Shown here: positions 37,647 through 47,707 of the stretch, piece after piece
Numbering within the stretch: the stretch's first letter is position 1
How the letters are laid out: each line of letters begins with the position of its first letter
Source of the DNA: an uncultured Lachnospiraceae bacterium
GTDB taxonomy: Bacteria > Bacillota > Clostridia > Oscillospirales > CAG-272
DNA: 64,000 nt
Assembly (NCBI GenBank): GCA_964562175.1
Contig: CAZLRV010000001.1
Span: forward strand, 50,181-114,180
Direction: 5' to 3'
Translations under genes and position numbers: made by a program
Notes under the pieces: generated by a model
The model's input: only the letters and a program-made list of their open reading frames with translations
Told to the model about the DNA's origin: nothing
The model's database searches: none

Positions 37647-39167
37647 TTACTTTCTCGATATATGAGATAAGACAAACACCTTGGCACTTTTCAGATCTAC
37701 GCACAGCAATAAGTAAAGCACCGTATACACCGCAACCACCACTGCTCCGGTACACAGCAAAGACAACATTCCCGACAGCCCGACGAGCTTTGAAAAGCCG
37801 ACACCGAACAATAAAGTTGCCGAAAACACAACGACCCATCTGCCGTAAACGCTTACAAAATATTTGCGCAGGTCTATCTTTAAGTACTTCTTGTACAATA
37901 TATTCATGCCCACCGTTCTTACGGTATACGCAACAAAAACGGCAAGCGATGCGCCGATTATTCCGAAAAGTTTCAAGAATACTATCGCCAGCAATACGTT
38001 TGTCAGTGCCACAATAGTGTAAACGATGGCTTGCTCCTTGACTCTGTCCTTAACTATAAGCGTCGTTTTCGCTATTTGTTGCGGAACATCTATAAGTGAC
38101 GGAAATATCAATATCAAAGCATTCAAATAAACGCTTTCATAGCCATCACCGAGCCACAATCCGACAAACGTTTCTCCAACGCAAAAAAATCCCGCAAATA
38201 TCAGACCTATCGAAAAAATATGATACTTGCCGACCTTTATCATAAGCTTCGACAGCTCACGCTGTCCCTGCTCAAGATGCGTGAGCTTGGTTATCTTCGG
38301 CATAAACATACCGTTTACCGCATCGGCAAAGGTATATACATACCCCTCAAGCGTTGCGGCAAGATTAAACAATGTGACCTCCGCAGAACCGAGTATTGCG
38401 GCGATTATCGTAGGCATAATGGTAAATATACATCTGTGGGCTATATCCTTTATCGCCACCCATACGGTAAACGAAAACAGCTGCTTAGTCGTCTGCCTGT
38501 CCCATGCTCGCAGGTCGGAGCGTTGCGGAGTGTTTCTTTTTATCAAAATAAGCTTTACGCCTATTGTCAAAAAGTTTACCAACGCATTTACGATAACGAG
38601 CGAGTACACGCCTTTATTTAACAGCAGGCAGACCACTATCATTGCCACGCTTAAGACCCTGCTGAGCAAATTGCATATCTTCACTTCAAAAAAGCGTTCA
38701 TTTGCCATAAGCAGGCTGTTAAACGTCGTAAACGGAAACGACAGCACACTGTACGTGCTTACTATTATAAACAACCGTTTGAATATTATTATTTCGTTCG
38801 GTGTAAGCTTTACGTATATAGCATCTATTAAAAAATAGAATACGGTCAAGGCAAGTGCGATAACGAGTGATATCGCACCGAACACCTTATATACTATACC
38901 CATAAAGCGATTTGCATCGTCGTATCGCCCCTCCGCATAAAACGCCGACAAAAACTTTGATACGGACGCACCGATACCGAAATCGAGCAAAAATATATTT
39001 ATTACGGACAGTGCAAGTGTATACAGTGCATATTGATCGTCGCCTATACTTCTTATCATCCACGGAGTATACAAAAGTCCGGATACCACATTGAATGCAA
39101 TAGTCAGATAAGATATCAATGCACCGGCGAAGAAGCTTCGTTTATTATCCGAGAGGTTATTGCTCAT
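37647..39167 (-). CDS. wzx: Polysaccharide flippase
   Basis: GALISYLTI..GLLYTPWMIRSIG..QYALY..LDFGIG; 12-14 TM segments; in a glycan locus. Confidence 0.88.
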   Translation of the reverse strand: MSNNLSDNKRSFFAGALISYLTIAFNVVSGLLYTPWMIRSIGDDQYALYTLALSVINIFLLDFGIGASVSKFLSAFYAEGRYDDANRFMGIVYKVFGAISLVIALALTVFYFLIDAIYVKLTPNEIIIFKRLFIIVSTYSVLSFPFTTFNSLLMANERFFEVKICNLLSRVLSVAMIVVCLLLNKGVYSLVIVNALVNFLTIGVKLILIKRNTPQRSDLRAWDRQTTKQLFSFTVWVAIKDIAHRCIFTIMPTIIAAILGSAEVTLFNLAATLEGYVYTFADAVNGMFMPKITKLTHLEQGQRELSKLMIKVGKYHIFSIGLIFAGFFCVGETFVGLWLGDGYESVYLNALILIFPSLIDVPQQIAKTTLIVKDRVKEQAIVYTIVALTNVLLAIVFLKLFGIIGASLAVFVAYTVRTVGMNILYKKYLKIDLRKYFVSVYGRWVVVFSATLLFGVGFSKLVGLSGMLSLLCTGAVVVAVYTVLYLLLCVDLKSAKVFVLSHISRK

Positions 39168-40380
39168 CAGCTTTCACATCTCCACATTGGAGGAGCTTTT
39201 GCATATACCCCTCCATAGCCCCCAAAAACAGTAATGCTATCAGCAAGAAATACGGATTTGCTTCGATAATAGGCTCTATCATCATATTCAGAAAGACAGA
39301 AAGCACAAGACTCTGTGTGACTGTATATTCGTCTTTTCTGCCGTGCGCCTTCATAAACCTTCCGAAACGTCTGAAAGAAAGCATCAGCTTTACCGTAAGT
39401 ATTATCGAGATAATAAACGGAATTACTCCGACGACATTATATATATCAAGCCACATATTATGTAAGTAATTCCATTCCGTTTCATCGGTCAGTGCTCTGC
39501 CGCCCAAAGGATGCTCCGCAAATTTCATATCATCGAAAAATACCCTCCAAACATCAAACCGCGTAAGCTCACCGCCGGTAGTAAATCGCTGTACGAGCTT
39601 AAGTGAAAAGAACGCATCTCCGAAGCCGCCGATATTGAACGCTATCAACAATACGCAAATAACCAGAGCAAAAGCAATTGCGCCCAAGGCGAAAACCTTT
39701 TTTGCCGCAGACACATTTATGCTCATAAGCAATGATATTATACGCCACAAAAAAACCACTATGAGAATAATGAGCAAGCCTCTGTTTGCCATAAACATTG
39801 TTGCCGCAAGCGATATAATAATAATTACGGCAGAGAACAGCTTATACTTTTTCTTATATGATGTAAACAGTACTCCGAGTCCTATACCCACGCAAAACGT
39901 ATACAGCATCTCAGTGCTTTTTACGTTTACCAGCTCACCGCGCCAAAAATCCACCGATTGACGGTAATAATCGTACAAAGAAAAATAATCCGATCTGAGA
40001 TATGCCACGATATTGAGAAGCCCGTGCATAAACATTCCGATCGACGGCACAAGCAACAGCACCGCAAAGCTGTTTCTTTTTGCGGAATATCGAATATATA
40101 CCTTTCCGAGCAGATATGCACTCCACGGTCCTATCAAATACAATATAAATAAATTTATGCTAATCTCAAAATGCATACAATATAATAAGAAATAGCTGAG
40201 CGAGAACAAGAAAAGCCACGCCTCGGTCGAGCCTACTTTAAGTCGTGAGCCGTATATAAGATACATTACGGCGATTATCGCGGCAAATATATATCCCGCC
40301 AAATTGAACAAGGATATTGAAAAGCAAAATAAGGCTATTAAAAAAAGATTTTCAAAAATTCTGTTCGTTTTGCTATACAT
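39157..40380 (-). CDS. wzy: Polysaccharide polymerase / O-antigen ligase-like membrane protein
   Basis: About 11 TM segments; extracellular loop with RFDVW...LHNMWLD. Confidence 0.7.
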   Translation of the reverse strand: MYSKTNRIFENLFLIALFCFSISLFNLAGYIFAAIIAVMYLIYGSRLKVGSTEAWLFLFSLSYFLLYCMHFEISINLFILYLIGPWSAYLLGKVYIRYSAKRNSFAVLLLVPSIGMFMHGLLNIVAYLRSDYFSLYDYYRQSVDFWRGELVNVKSTEMLYTFCVGIGLGVLFTSYKKKYKLFSAVIIIISLAATMFMANRGLLIILIVVFLWRIISLLMSINVSAAKKVFALGAIAFALVICVLLIAFNIGGFGDAFFSLKLVQRFTTGGELTRFDVWRVFFDDMKFAEHPLGGRALTDETEWNYLHNMWLDIYNVVGVIPFIISIILTVKLMLSFRRFGRFMKAHGRKDEYTVTQSLVLSVFLNMMIEPIIEANPYFLLIALLFLGAMEGYMQKLLQCGDVKADEQ

Positions 40381-41317
40381 TTTGTACCTTTCCGTGATAT
40401 GTCCTCATCACATACCTGCAAAATGAATACGGCATAAAGGTCAATATACGTGTTAATAAGTACCGTTTTGTCCGTTTGTTTTTTATGCTTGCAAGTATTT
40501 CTTTTGCTTTTTTTCTTTCGCCCGATGTCATATATTCTCTGCTGCAAGTTAAATAATATCTGTCGGTCAGTTCCGTCACCGAGGTCTTTATCTTTTCCGA
40601 TATTGATCCATCCGACATTATTTCCGATACACGTCCGGCAAATATCCAAGCTTGAATGTGGCTGCCGTTTGCCGTGGCAGTACTCAGCTCTTGCCGATAG
40701 ATCGTCGTTTCCTCACTTGAAAGTGCAACCTTATTTCTCAGTGCCACCCGATACCACACGTCCGTATCCTCGCCTATTCTTACACCGGGAGCAAAACGGA
40801 TATTATCATGTGCAAGCGATGATGCCCGTACACACATTGAATTGGTATGTACGACACCGTATGATGTCTTGTTCAGCAATCCTATCATATCGTCGCTTTC
40901 AAACTCACTGTCGTAATTTTCAAGTGCTTTTGCGCTGTGCAGTACCCTGCCGTCGGGCATAATACATTTATGAGATGTAACATACATTCCCGAATCGGGA
41001 TATCTTGATATGAGCCCCGCCAGCACCTCAAGATGATTCGGCAACCACAGATCGTCCGCATCCAAAAAGCAAATATACTCGCCCGTTGCGTTTTCAATAC
41101 CCGTATTGCGTGCTACGGACACACCGCCGTTTTTTTGCCGGATCAAGCGAAACTCGGCACGGGACAGTGAAAGAAGGGCTTTATCTGCCTCATCAGTCGA
41201 GCCGTCATCGACAATTATTATTTCATAATCTTTTTCACTCTGCGCATATACACTTTCAACGGCTGCGCATATCGTAGCCGCTTTGTTATATACGGGAATG
41301 ATTACCGAAAATTTCAT
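40373..41317 (-). CDS. GT2 glycosyltransferase
   Basis: FSVIIPVYN, VDDGSTD, ARNTG, FLDADD; start moved to MKFSV. Confidence 0.92.
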   Translation of the reverse strand: MKFSVIIPVYNKAATICAAVESVYAQSEKDYEIIIVDDGSTDEADKALLSLSRAEFRLIRQKNGGVSVARNTGIENATGEYICFLDADDLWLPNHLEVLAGLISRYPDSGMYVTSHKCIMPDGRVLHSAKALENYDSEFESDDMIGLLNKTSYGVVHTNSMCVRASSLAHDNIRFAPGVRIGEDTDVWYRVALRNKVALSSEETTIYRQELSTATANGSHIQAWIFAGRVSEIMSDGSISEKIKTSVTELTDRYYLTCSREYMTSGERKKAKEILASIKNKRTKRYLLTRILTFMPYSFCRYVMRTYHGKVQNV

Positions 41318-41381
41318 ATCCGACCTCCATCTGAATTTTACGTTCGCACGCCCGTGCAATTTACCGCGAGCATTCCGTTTG

Positions 41382-41418
41382 GTGTGTGGGAGAGCGAACG
41401 AGCCGCTCTCCCACACAC
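41382..41418. repeat. 15-bp perfect GC-rich hairpin inside the operon
   Basis: GTGTGTGGGAGAGCG-AACGAGC-CGCTCTCCCACACAC. Confidence 0.85.
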
Positions 41419-41433
41419 GGTCAAACAAAATAT

Positions 41434-44400
41434 TTATGCGTACATTTTGCCGTTTTCGTCAAATTGATGATAACCGTAAATGATAAGGTCATTTGCCTCA
41501 TCTGCGGAAACGTAAGCCTTTCCATTTCTTGCAAGCTTTCCGTTCCATGCCGCATAGTACAGACTGCCGTTGAATGAGAACACGCCGCCCTTAAACATTT
41601 CGCCGTTCACCATAAAGTACAGCTCACCGTCTATCTCAACAAGCTCGTTATTATAGAACGCACCGTCAACGCCGGCATATCTCACGCCATCCTCGGTATA
41701 TATCTTTCCGAATGCAACACGTCCGTTCCATTCAATGAAATAAGACTTACCGTTGATGCTTCTGATAGAGGATACGCCCGTATTGTCGGGCTTGCCGTTT
41801 ACCATATAGTATATAGCGCCCTCAATGTTTGCAAATTCTCTATCATAAAGCTTTCCGTTCTCATCGGCATAGTGCCAACCTGCCGTTGTCAGACCGTTTG
41901 TGTATGCATCGCCGATATATTGCTTACCGGATGTAACCATACCGTTCCACTCAACAAAGTACAAGTTGCCGTTTATCTTACGAACCTTTGATACACCTGT
42001 ACGGTCGGGTTGTCCCTTTACCATATAGTATATGGAACCGTCAACCGTTGCAAACTCGTTGTCGTACATTCTGCCGTTGTTGTCGGTATAGTGCCAGCCG
42101 GAATTTGTCAAACCGTTCGTATATTCCTCGCCTATGTACTGCGTACCGGAAAGAACGTGACCGTTCCACTCAACAAAGTACAAGCCGCCATTTATTTCGC
42201 GAACCTTTGATACGCCTGTACGGTCGGGCTGCCCCTTTACCATGTAGTAAAGCTCTCCGTCAATATGTGTGAACTCGTTGTCGTACATTCTGCCGCTGTC
42301 ATCGGTATAGTGCCAGCCTATACCTGTCAAGCCGTTTACGTATCCGGAGGTAATATACTGCTTGCCGGTGGGGATATTTCCGTTCCACTCAACAAAGTAC
42401 AAGCCGCCGTTTATCTCACGAACGCCGGATACGCCCGTGCGGTCGGGTTGACCGTTTATCATATAGAAGTTACCGTCTACGGTAGAAGCTATCTCGTTGT
42501 TGTAGAATCTGCCGTTTTCATCGGTATAGTGCCAGCCTGCATTTGTCAAGCCGTTGGTCTCGCTCTCGGAAACATATATCTTGCCGGTGGGGATATTTCC
42601 GTTCCACTCAACAAAGTACAAGCCGCCGTTCATCTCTTTAACAAGTGAACCACCGGTCTTTGAGGGTTGACCCTTTACCAGATACATTACCTTTCCGTCT
42701 ATGGTAACGAATTCGTTATCGTAGATGCGTCCGTTCTCGTCGGTGTAGATATAACCCGCATTTACCAATCCGCCGGTCATGTTCTCGCTTACGTATATCT
42801 TGCCGCTTTCAACAACGCCCATACCGTTTACATAGTACATAGCGCCGTTCTTGCTTATAACACCGAGTCCCTTTGCGGGCTGTCCGTCAACTATGTAGTA
42901 CAGTTTTCCGTCATAGGAGTAAAATTCCTCGTCTATCATACCGTCTTTGTCAATGAAGTACCAGCCTTTTTCGACAAGTCCGTTTGTACGCTCTTGTACG
43001 ATGTAGATCCTACCTGTGGGAACCGTTCCGTTCCATTCAACATAGTATCTGCTTCCGTTGATATCCATTACTCCGCCGCCGGTAAGCTTACCGCCTACAA
43101 CGTAGTATAGGTCTCCGTTCAGATCGTACACACCCGTATAATCGAGAACGCCGTCAACCACGCCTTCATCGTCTATTATATAAATGTATTTGTTGTCTCT
43201 GCCGTCGGTCGTTTGAATTATCTGAGAGCCCTTTGCAAGAAGTCCGTTTTCACCGAACCAATATGTTTTTCCGTCTATTGTATGGAAATGCTCGGATACG
43301 TACTTGCCCGCAAATTTATATCTCGTTTCATACTTTCCGTTATAGAAAAGATGTACCCACTGACCTTCGGTGTGAATACCGTTTTCATCAAACGAATAGT
43401 CAAAGCCGTCTATGCTGTATCTGCCGTTCTTAAGTGCCTCGTATGTGGTGAGATCAAAATAATAATAGTCGTTTCCGTCAACTGCCCAGCCTGTGGTAAG
43501 CTTGCCGGCAATTGTGTAATAGGTCTTGTCGCCTATTTCAACCAAGCCGCTCGTTGTGATGGCATCGCCGCAATCGCAAACAAGTCTGCCGTTTACGACA
43601 CTGTAGGTGTGACCGCTTGCATTTTGTGAAGCACCCCAATTTACTATGGAGTTACATACGCTGCAGCTCGTGCGTCCGGTATAACCTGCCGCCGTACACG
43701 TTGCCGCCTTATTCTCTGGATCGCTCTCGGTGTGGATATGCAGCCAGCCGTATTTTCCGAGAAGCTCGCTATCGGCGAGTACGGTATTGGGGTGTGCATA
43801 CCATTGAGTATTTACACGAAAATACTCGTTTGCAAAGGTATTTGCCGCACTTTGAGTGTATGTATCGACAAACTCGATCTCGCCCTTGATTATCTCAAGC
43901 TTAAGGTCGTGAGGCCATGCGAATACGTTATCGGTTTTACGTCCGGCACTGAAGCCCTCGGGAGTATTAAATCCTACACCGCCCAAAGCACTTTCCGTGC
44001 CCGCAAGCAGAGGCGAATATATATCATCCCATCCGATTATACGTATGGGAAGCTCGGCAAGCGTTGCCGCACCACTTTGGGTATTCTTGCCCGTGCGGGT
44101 CAGCGTTATCGTCGCCGTTTGCTCGTACTCATCTACGGACCAGGCTGCGGTAAAGCCGTCTGCCAATACCATATGGTCAAGCTCCCAGTGGTTTACGCTG
44201 TTCTTGTCGATAACTACCGTTACCGATTTTATGGTCTCTATCTTGGTTGCGTTAAGGTTCATCCAATACAGAGAGCCTGCCGGGAGCTTATCGAGCGTTG
44301 CATCTTTGGGAACAAGAGCCACCGTCGATGCATCCGAGCCGCCCCGAACATTTATCCAACGTGTTTTTCTCGTTTCGTTGCCCTGCTTATCGGATATTAC

Positions 44401-46851
44401 AAATGTTATTCTGTGAACGCCGTCGGCTACCTCATAGTTAGACAGCGTCATATATTCACCGCTTGCCTTAACGGGTGCTTCCGCACCGTCAACAAGTATT
44501 TTAGCGGATGAATAGTCAAGTCCAGAGTAATTTGTATTGGCCGTGATCTCTCTTACGGTTGCACGGAGGTTGAGGATATTGCTGTTTACCGTAAGCATTT
44601 CACAAGCCGTTGTGTTGAGAGTATTCGTAACAAGTGCCGTTGCGGACTCATTTGCGCCGAGGTATACCATATCGGTTATCGTCGGTGCTTCTCTGTCGGG
44701 TATCGCATCGGAGTAATCTACCTGTATCGAGTCGATATAGAAGTTAAACTTGCCACCTACAGTACCCGCAGAGAACATGGTCGAGCTATTATTGTTCGGC
44801 ACTTTGTTATAGTATTGGAAATCGAACAGTGCCAAATCGTCCTTGAGGTCTGCTAAATTACCGAGTACATACGTTTTGCTCGAATCGATATTCGCCTTGA
44901 AGTATGCCCATCTGCCTTCACTGCCGAGGTCTTCGTGTTGAACATACCAAGCCGGAGCCTCAAGTGTAACATACGTCATTGCACCCGAAAGCGAGCCGTC
45001 TGCCTGTACCTCACGCAGGATAAAACGGAAGCGTCCTATCCAAAGGTCATCGGGTATGTATACCCAAGCACCGATAGACTTGGCACCGCTTATCGTGTGT
45101 CTCGTCCTCGGCATGAATTGGAATCTGGCATTCTGGTTCACGGGATGTGCAAAGTTTGTCATATTCACTTCAAAGCGAACCGCACCGGTACCGTCGTGTA
45201 CCATACCGTTTGCCGAGGTTGCATAGCTTGCCTTAACATTATCGGGACGATATGTATGACCGGACATTCCGAGACCGATAGCCGCGGTCGTGAACTCGTC
45301 GAGCTGCGCTGCATCGTCAAAATCCCAAAGCACCTCTGTAGCTTTTCCGAGCGAAACATTGAATACTACCTGCTTGTCCGTTGCATATTTATAGGTTGCC
45401 GTCAAGGTTGCCGAGGTTATCGTCTCTTCTGAGGTCGCAACGAAATCAAATCCGTTCATACTGCCCGCACCGGCAGGATCTATGGCGAAATCGAATGCAT
45501 CGGGGGTAGTATATACCTCTTTTTCCTCAGCCTCAAGTGCGGACATCATGCATTGAAGTCCGATATTCGTGCTTTTACCGTAAGGTACTACCAAATTGCT
45601 GTTTACCGCCGACAGATACGGGTCCATTACCTTTATGGTATAACTGCCGACCTTCTCGCCGTTATGGTTGACTTGAACATCAACTGTACCGCGCTTGCCG
45701 TTTGATATGAATTTACCGTTTTCCACAGTACCGTAGCTGCTGTCCGAAAGGCTCCAGCTCATGCCCTCGGGCATTGCCATTGCGTAGCCGTTCGTATCGA
45801 GTGCCGATGCGGTAAACGTATATTCCGAATGCGGAGCAAACGCCTCGTATTCGCTCTTTATCTCGGCACTGCCGAGTATTCCCGTGGGGGCGACGTTCGA
45901 TGCGATAAGAAGGCTCTGTATCGTCGGACGCTCAGCACCGTCGGAGGGAATGGAACGCATCGTAAGCTCGTCCTCGCCCTGACGTTTGGTTATAAACGTC
46001 GAGGAGCCGCCGCCGTCGCAGTTCAAAGCCCACTTACAGCCGAGAGAGAGCATAAACTCGCCTATCTCGTAGCCGGTGAGTCCCGCAGAACTTACCATAC
46101 GTCCGTTTACCATCATCATAACGAGCGTACCGTCTTCCTTAACGCCCACTACAGAACGGGGATGCGATATACCGGTTCTGTCCTCTTGGGTCACGCAAAG
46201 ACTGCCGTCTTTTACGTAGAAGCCGAAGGTAGAGGTGGAAACAGCGTATATTTCCTCTCCCGTAAGAGGATCGCCCGGATTACGTGATTCGCAATACAGC
46301 TTTCCGTTTTCGTCCTCAAGGAATGCGATATAATATGGCTCATCTCCGTGTGAATCTGTATCGGGCGTTGATATCACCTGACGGTTAAATACCAAAAAGC
46401 CCTGTACGGAATCGTTTTCATAACACAGGTTCGTGTTCATTCCGCCGACAATGTTGTATCCTAAGTTTTCCTCGTAATACTTGATCGTCTTTGACAGCTC
46501 CATAGCGTGCCAAGTACTGCTGTCACTTGGGTCGTATTTGTCTATTCCGTAATATCCGGGAAGTATGGTAACATCCGGATTTGAGGTGTCGATCTCCATT
46601 ACGTGAACTTCTTGGCGGCGTGTACCGTCCGCATTGTTAAGAACTATGTCGGACTCAATTGCCGCACCCGGCACCAACGTGTAATCTTTTCTTGATATCA
46701 CGTTGTAGTAGCCGTTTGTTCCGAATTTGTCACCGCTTAAAACGACATTGTCGTTTATCCATGCCGCAAATGCGGAAAACGGCAGAGCCGTTACCAGCAT
46801 CGCAACACACATAACAGCGATGGCTATTCGAATGAGGTTACGTGTTTTCAT
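41434..46851 (-). CDS. Large secreted protein: phosphodiester glycosidase (NAGPA-like) domain, Ig/CBM-like middle region, C-terminal cell-wall-binding-like repeats
   Basis: Signal peptide MKTRNL..AFA; HPRSVVG..MVNGR..ALNCDGGGSS NAGPA-type motifs; aromatic/Gly-rich repeats (INGGLYFVEWNG, GWHYTDENG). Confidence 0.8.
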   Translation of the reverse strand: MKTRNLIRIAIAVMCVAMLVTALPFSAFAAWINDNVVLSGDKFGTNGYYNVISRKDYTLVPGAAIESDIVLNNADGTRRQEVHVMEIDTSNPDVTILPGYYGIDKYDPSDSSTWHAMELSKTIKYYEENLGYNIVGGMNTNLCYENDSVQGFLVFNRQVISTPDTDSHGDEPYYIAFLEDENGKLYCESRNPGDPLTGEEIYAVSTSTFGFYVKDGSLCVTQEDRTGISHPRSVVGVKEDGTLVMMMVNGRMVSSAGLTGYEIGEFMLSLGCKWALNCDGGGSSTFITKRQGEDELTMRSIPSDGAERPTIQSLLIASNVAPTGILGSAEIKSEYEAFAPHSEYTFTASALDTNGYAMAMPEGMSWSLSDSSYGTVENGKFISNGKRGTVDVQVNHNGEKVGSYTIKVMDPYLSAVNSNLVVPYGKSTNIGLQCMMSALEAEEKEVYTTPDAFDFAIDPAGAGSMNGFDFVATSEETITSATLTATYKYATDKQVVFNVSLGKATEVLWDFDDAAQLDEFTTAAIGLGMSGHTYRPDNVKASYATSANGMVHDGTGAVRFEVNMTNFAHPVNQNARFQFMPRTRHTISGAKSIGAWVYIPDDLWIGRFRFILREVQADGSLSGAMTYVTLEAPAWYVQHEDLGSEGRWAYFKANIDSSKTYVLGNLADLKDDLALFDFQYYNKVPNNNSSTMFSAGTVGGKFNFYIDSIQVDYSDAIPDREAPTITDMVYLGANESATALVTNTLNTTACEMLTVNSNILNLRATVREITANTNYSGLDYSSAKILVDGAEAPVKASGEYMTLSNYEVADGVHRITFVISDKQGNETRKTRWINVRGGSDASTVALVPKDATLDKLPAGSLYWMNLNATKIETIKSVTVVIDKNSVNHWELDHMVLADGFTAAWSVDEYEQTATITLTRTGKNTQSGAATLAELPIRIIGWDDIYSPLLAGTESALGGVGFNTPEGFSAGRKTDNVFAWPHDLKLEIIKGEIEFVDTYTQSAANTFANEYFRVNTQWYAHPNTVLADSELLGKYGWLHIHTESDPENKAATCTAAGYTGRTSCSVCNSIVNWGASQNASGHTYSVVNGRLVCDCGDAITTSGLVEIGDKTYYTIAGKLTTGWAVDGNDYYYFDLTTYEALKNGRYSIDGFDYSFDENGIHTEGQWVHLFYNGKYETRYKFAGKYVSEHFHTIDGKTYWFGENGLLAKGSQIIQTTDGRDNKYIYIIDDEGVVDGVLDYTGVYDLNGDLYYVVGGKLTGGGVMDINGSRYYVEWNGTVPTGRIYIVQERTNGLVEKGWYFIDKDGMIDEEFYSYDGKLYYIVDGQPAKGLGVISKNGAMYYVNGMGVVESGKIYVSENMTGGLVNAGYIYTDENGRIYDNEFVTIDGKVMYLVKGQPSKTGGSLVKEMNGGLYFVEWNGNIPTGKIYVSESETNGLTNAGWHYTDENGRFYNNEIASTVDGNFYMINGQPDRTGVSGVREINGGLYFVEWNGNIPTGKQYITSGYVNGLTGIGWHYTDDSGRMYDNEFTHIDGELYYMVKGQPDRTGVSKVREINGGLYFVEWNGHVLSGTQYIGEEYTNGLTNSGWHYTDNNGRMYDNEFATVDGSIYYMVKGQPDRTGVSKVRKINGNLYFVEWNGMVTSGKQYIGDAYTNGLTTAGWHYADENGKLYDREFANIEGAIYYMVNGKPDNTGVSSIRSINGKSYFIEWNGRVAFGKIYTEDGVRYAGVDGAFYNNELVEIDGELYFMVNGEMFKGGVFSFNGSLYYAAWNGKLARNGKAYVSADEANDLIIYGYHQFDENGKMYA
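41725..42820 (-). repeat. Intragenic 219-bp (73-aa) tandem repeats
   Basis: GTTCCA(C/T)TCAA recurs at 41725, 41944, 42163, 42382 and 42601 (exact 219-bp period), with degenerate copies on both sides. Confidence 0.9.
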
Positions 46852-46885
46852 TTGGTTTCTCCTTTTTATTTTATATAATCCGTTT

Positions 46886-47707
46886 TCACGGCTTACATTT
46901 CTTTTTAACATATGTTTCATATGACTTGTTCAAATCAAGCACCGTATAATAATGATGCCCTACCTGCTCGTCCTTTGGTGGGTCAGCACGCCATGCTCCG
47001 TATTTTTCGGTCAGATACTCATCCCACCGACTCGGAACACGCACCCGAAGCCCTTCAAAAACAGCCTCCCTACCGTTGCCGTATATCTCTTTCGGCGTTT
47101 TTTCCATCTCGCCCCTGAAATTACCGTAATTGCAATAAACGTCGGCGTTTTCGTATTTTTTTATCATTGCTTCGTATTCTTCAAGATAGCAAGCGGTACG
47201 CTTATGAAAGCCGAATATTCTCAAAGCACGCCGCAAGACTCTCGATCTAAGCGAGGCGCTCGGCATAAGTGAGCATGAGGTCAACCTCAGATATTTCTTT
47301 TTTCTTTTTTCAAATTCAACCGTCTCATCTGCCTTGCTCGGATATCCGTCCAAAGCGAATATATCTATAAAAACGCCGTGATTTATATCGAGCTTTTGAT
47401 AATCCGTCTCAATATATGCGGTACGGCTATCACGCAGCTTTGAGAAAATCTTGGGAAATTCGGGGTCTGTTCGATAATTCTGCAAAAACAGGTATTCGGG
47501 AAGCTTGTCCGGCGCATATGATAAAAACTTTTCGTAATCCGCACGAGGCAAGGCAACGTCAACATCATCGTCCCACGGTATAAACCCGCCGTATTTCACC
47601 GCTCCCAATGCACTGCCGCACACAAGAAAATATGTAAGCTCCAATTCGTCGCAAATATCCGCAAAGGTCTTTAATATATCAAACTCTTTTTGCTGAAGCT
47701 CATTCAT
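46886..47707 (-). CDS. licD: LicD-family phosphotransferase
   Basis: GSALGAVKYGGFIPWDDDVDV; GVFIDIF. Confidence 0.9.
   Translation of the reverse strand: MNELQQKEFDILKTFADICDELELTYFLVCGSALGAVKYGGFIPWDDDVDVALPRADYEKFLSYAPDKLPEYLFLQNYRTDPEFPKIFSKLRDSRTAYIETDYQKLDINHGVFIDIFALDGYPSKADETVEFEKRKKKYLRLTSCSLMPSASLRSRVLRRALRIFGFHKRTACYLEEYEAMIKKYENADVYCNYGNFRGEMEKTPKEIYGNGREAVFEGLRVRVPSRWDEYLTEKYGAWRADPPKDEQVGHHYYTVLDLNKSYETYVKKKCKP

Noticed and set aside
41725-42820. Periodic repeats as a possible CRISPR array or diversity-generating cassette
   Set aside because: The 219-bp in-frame period with conserved protein sequence fits a coding repeat; no cas or reverse transcriptase genes nearby
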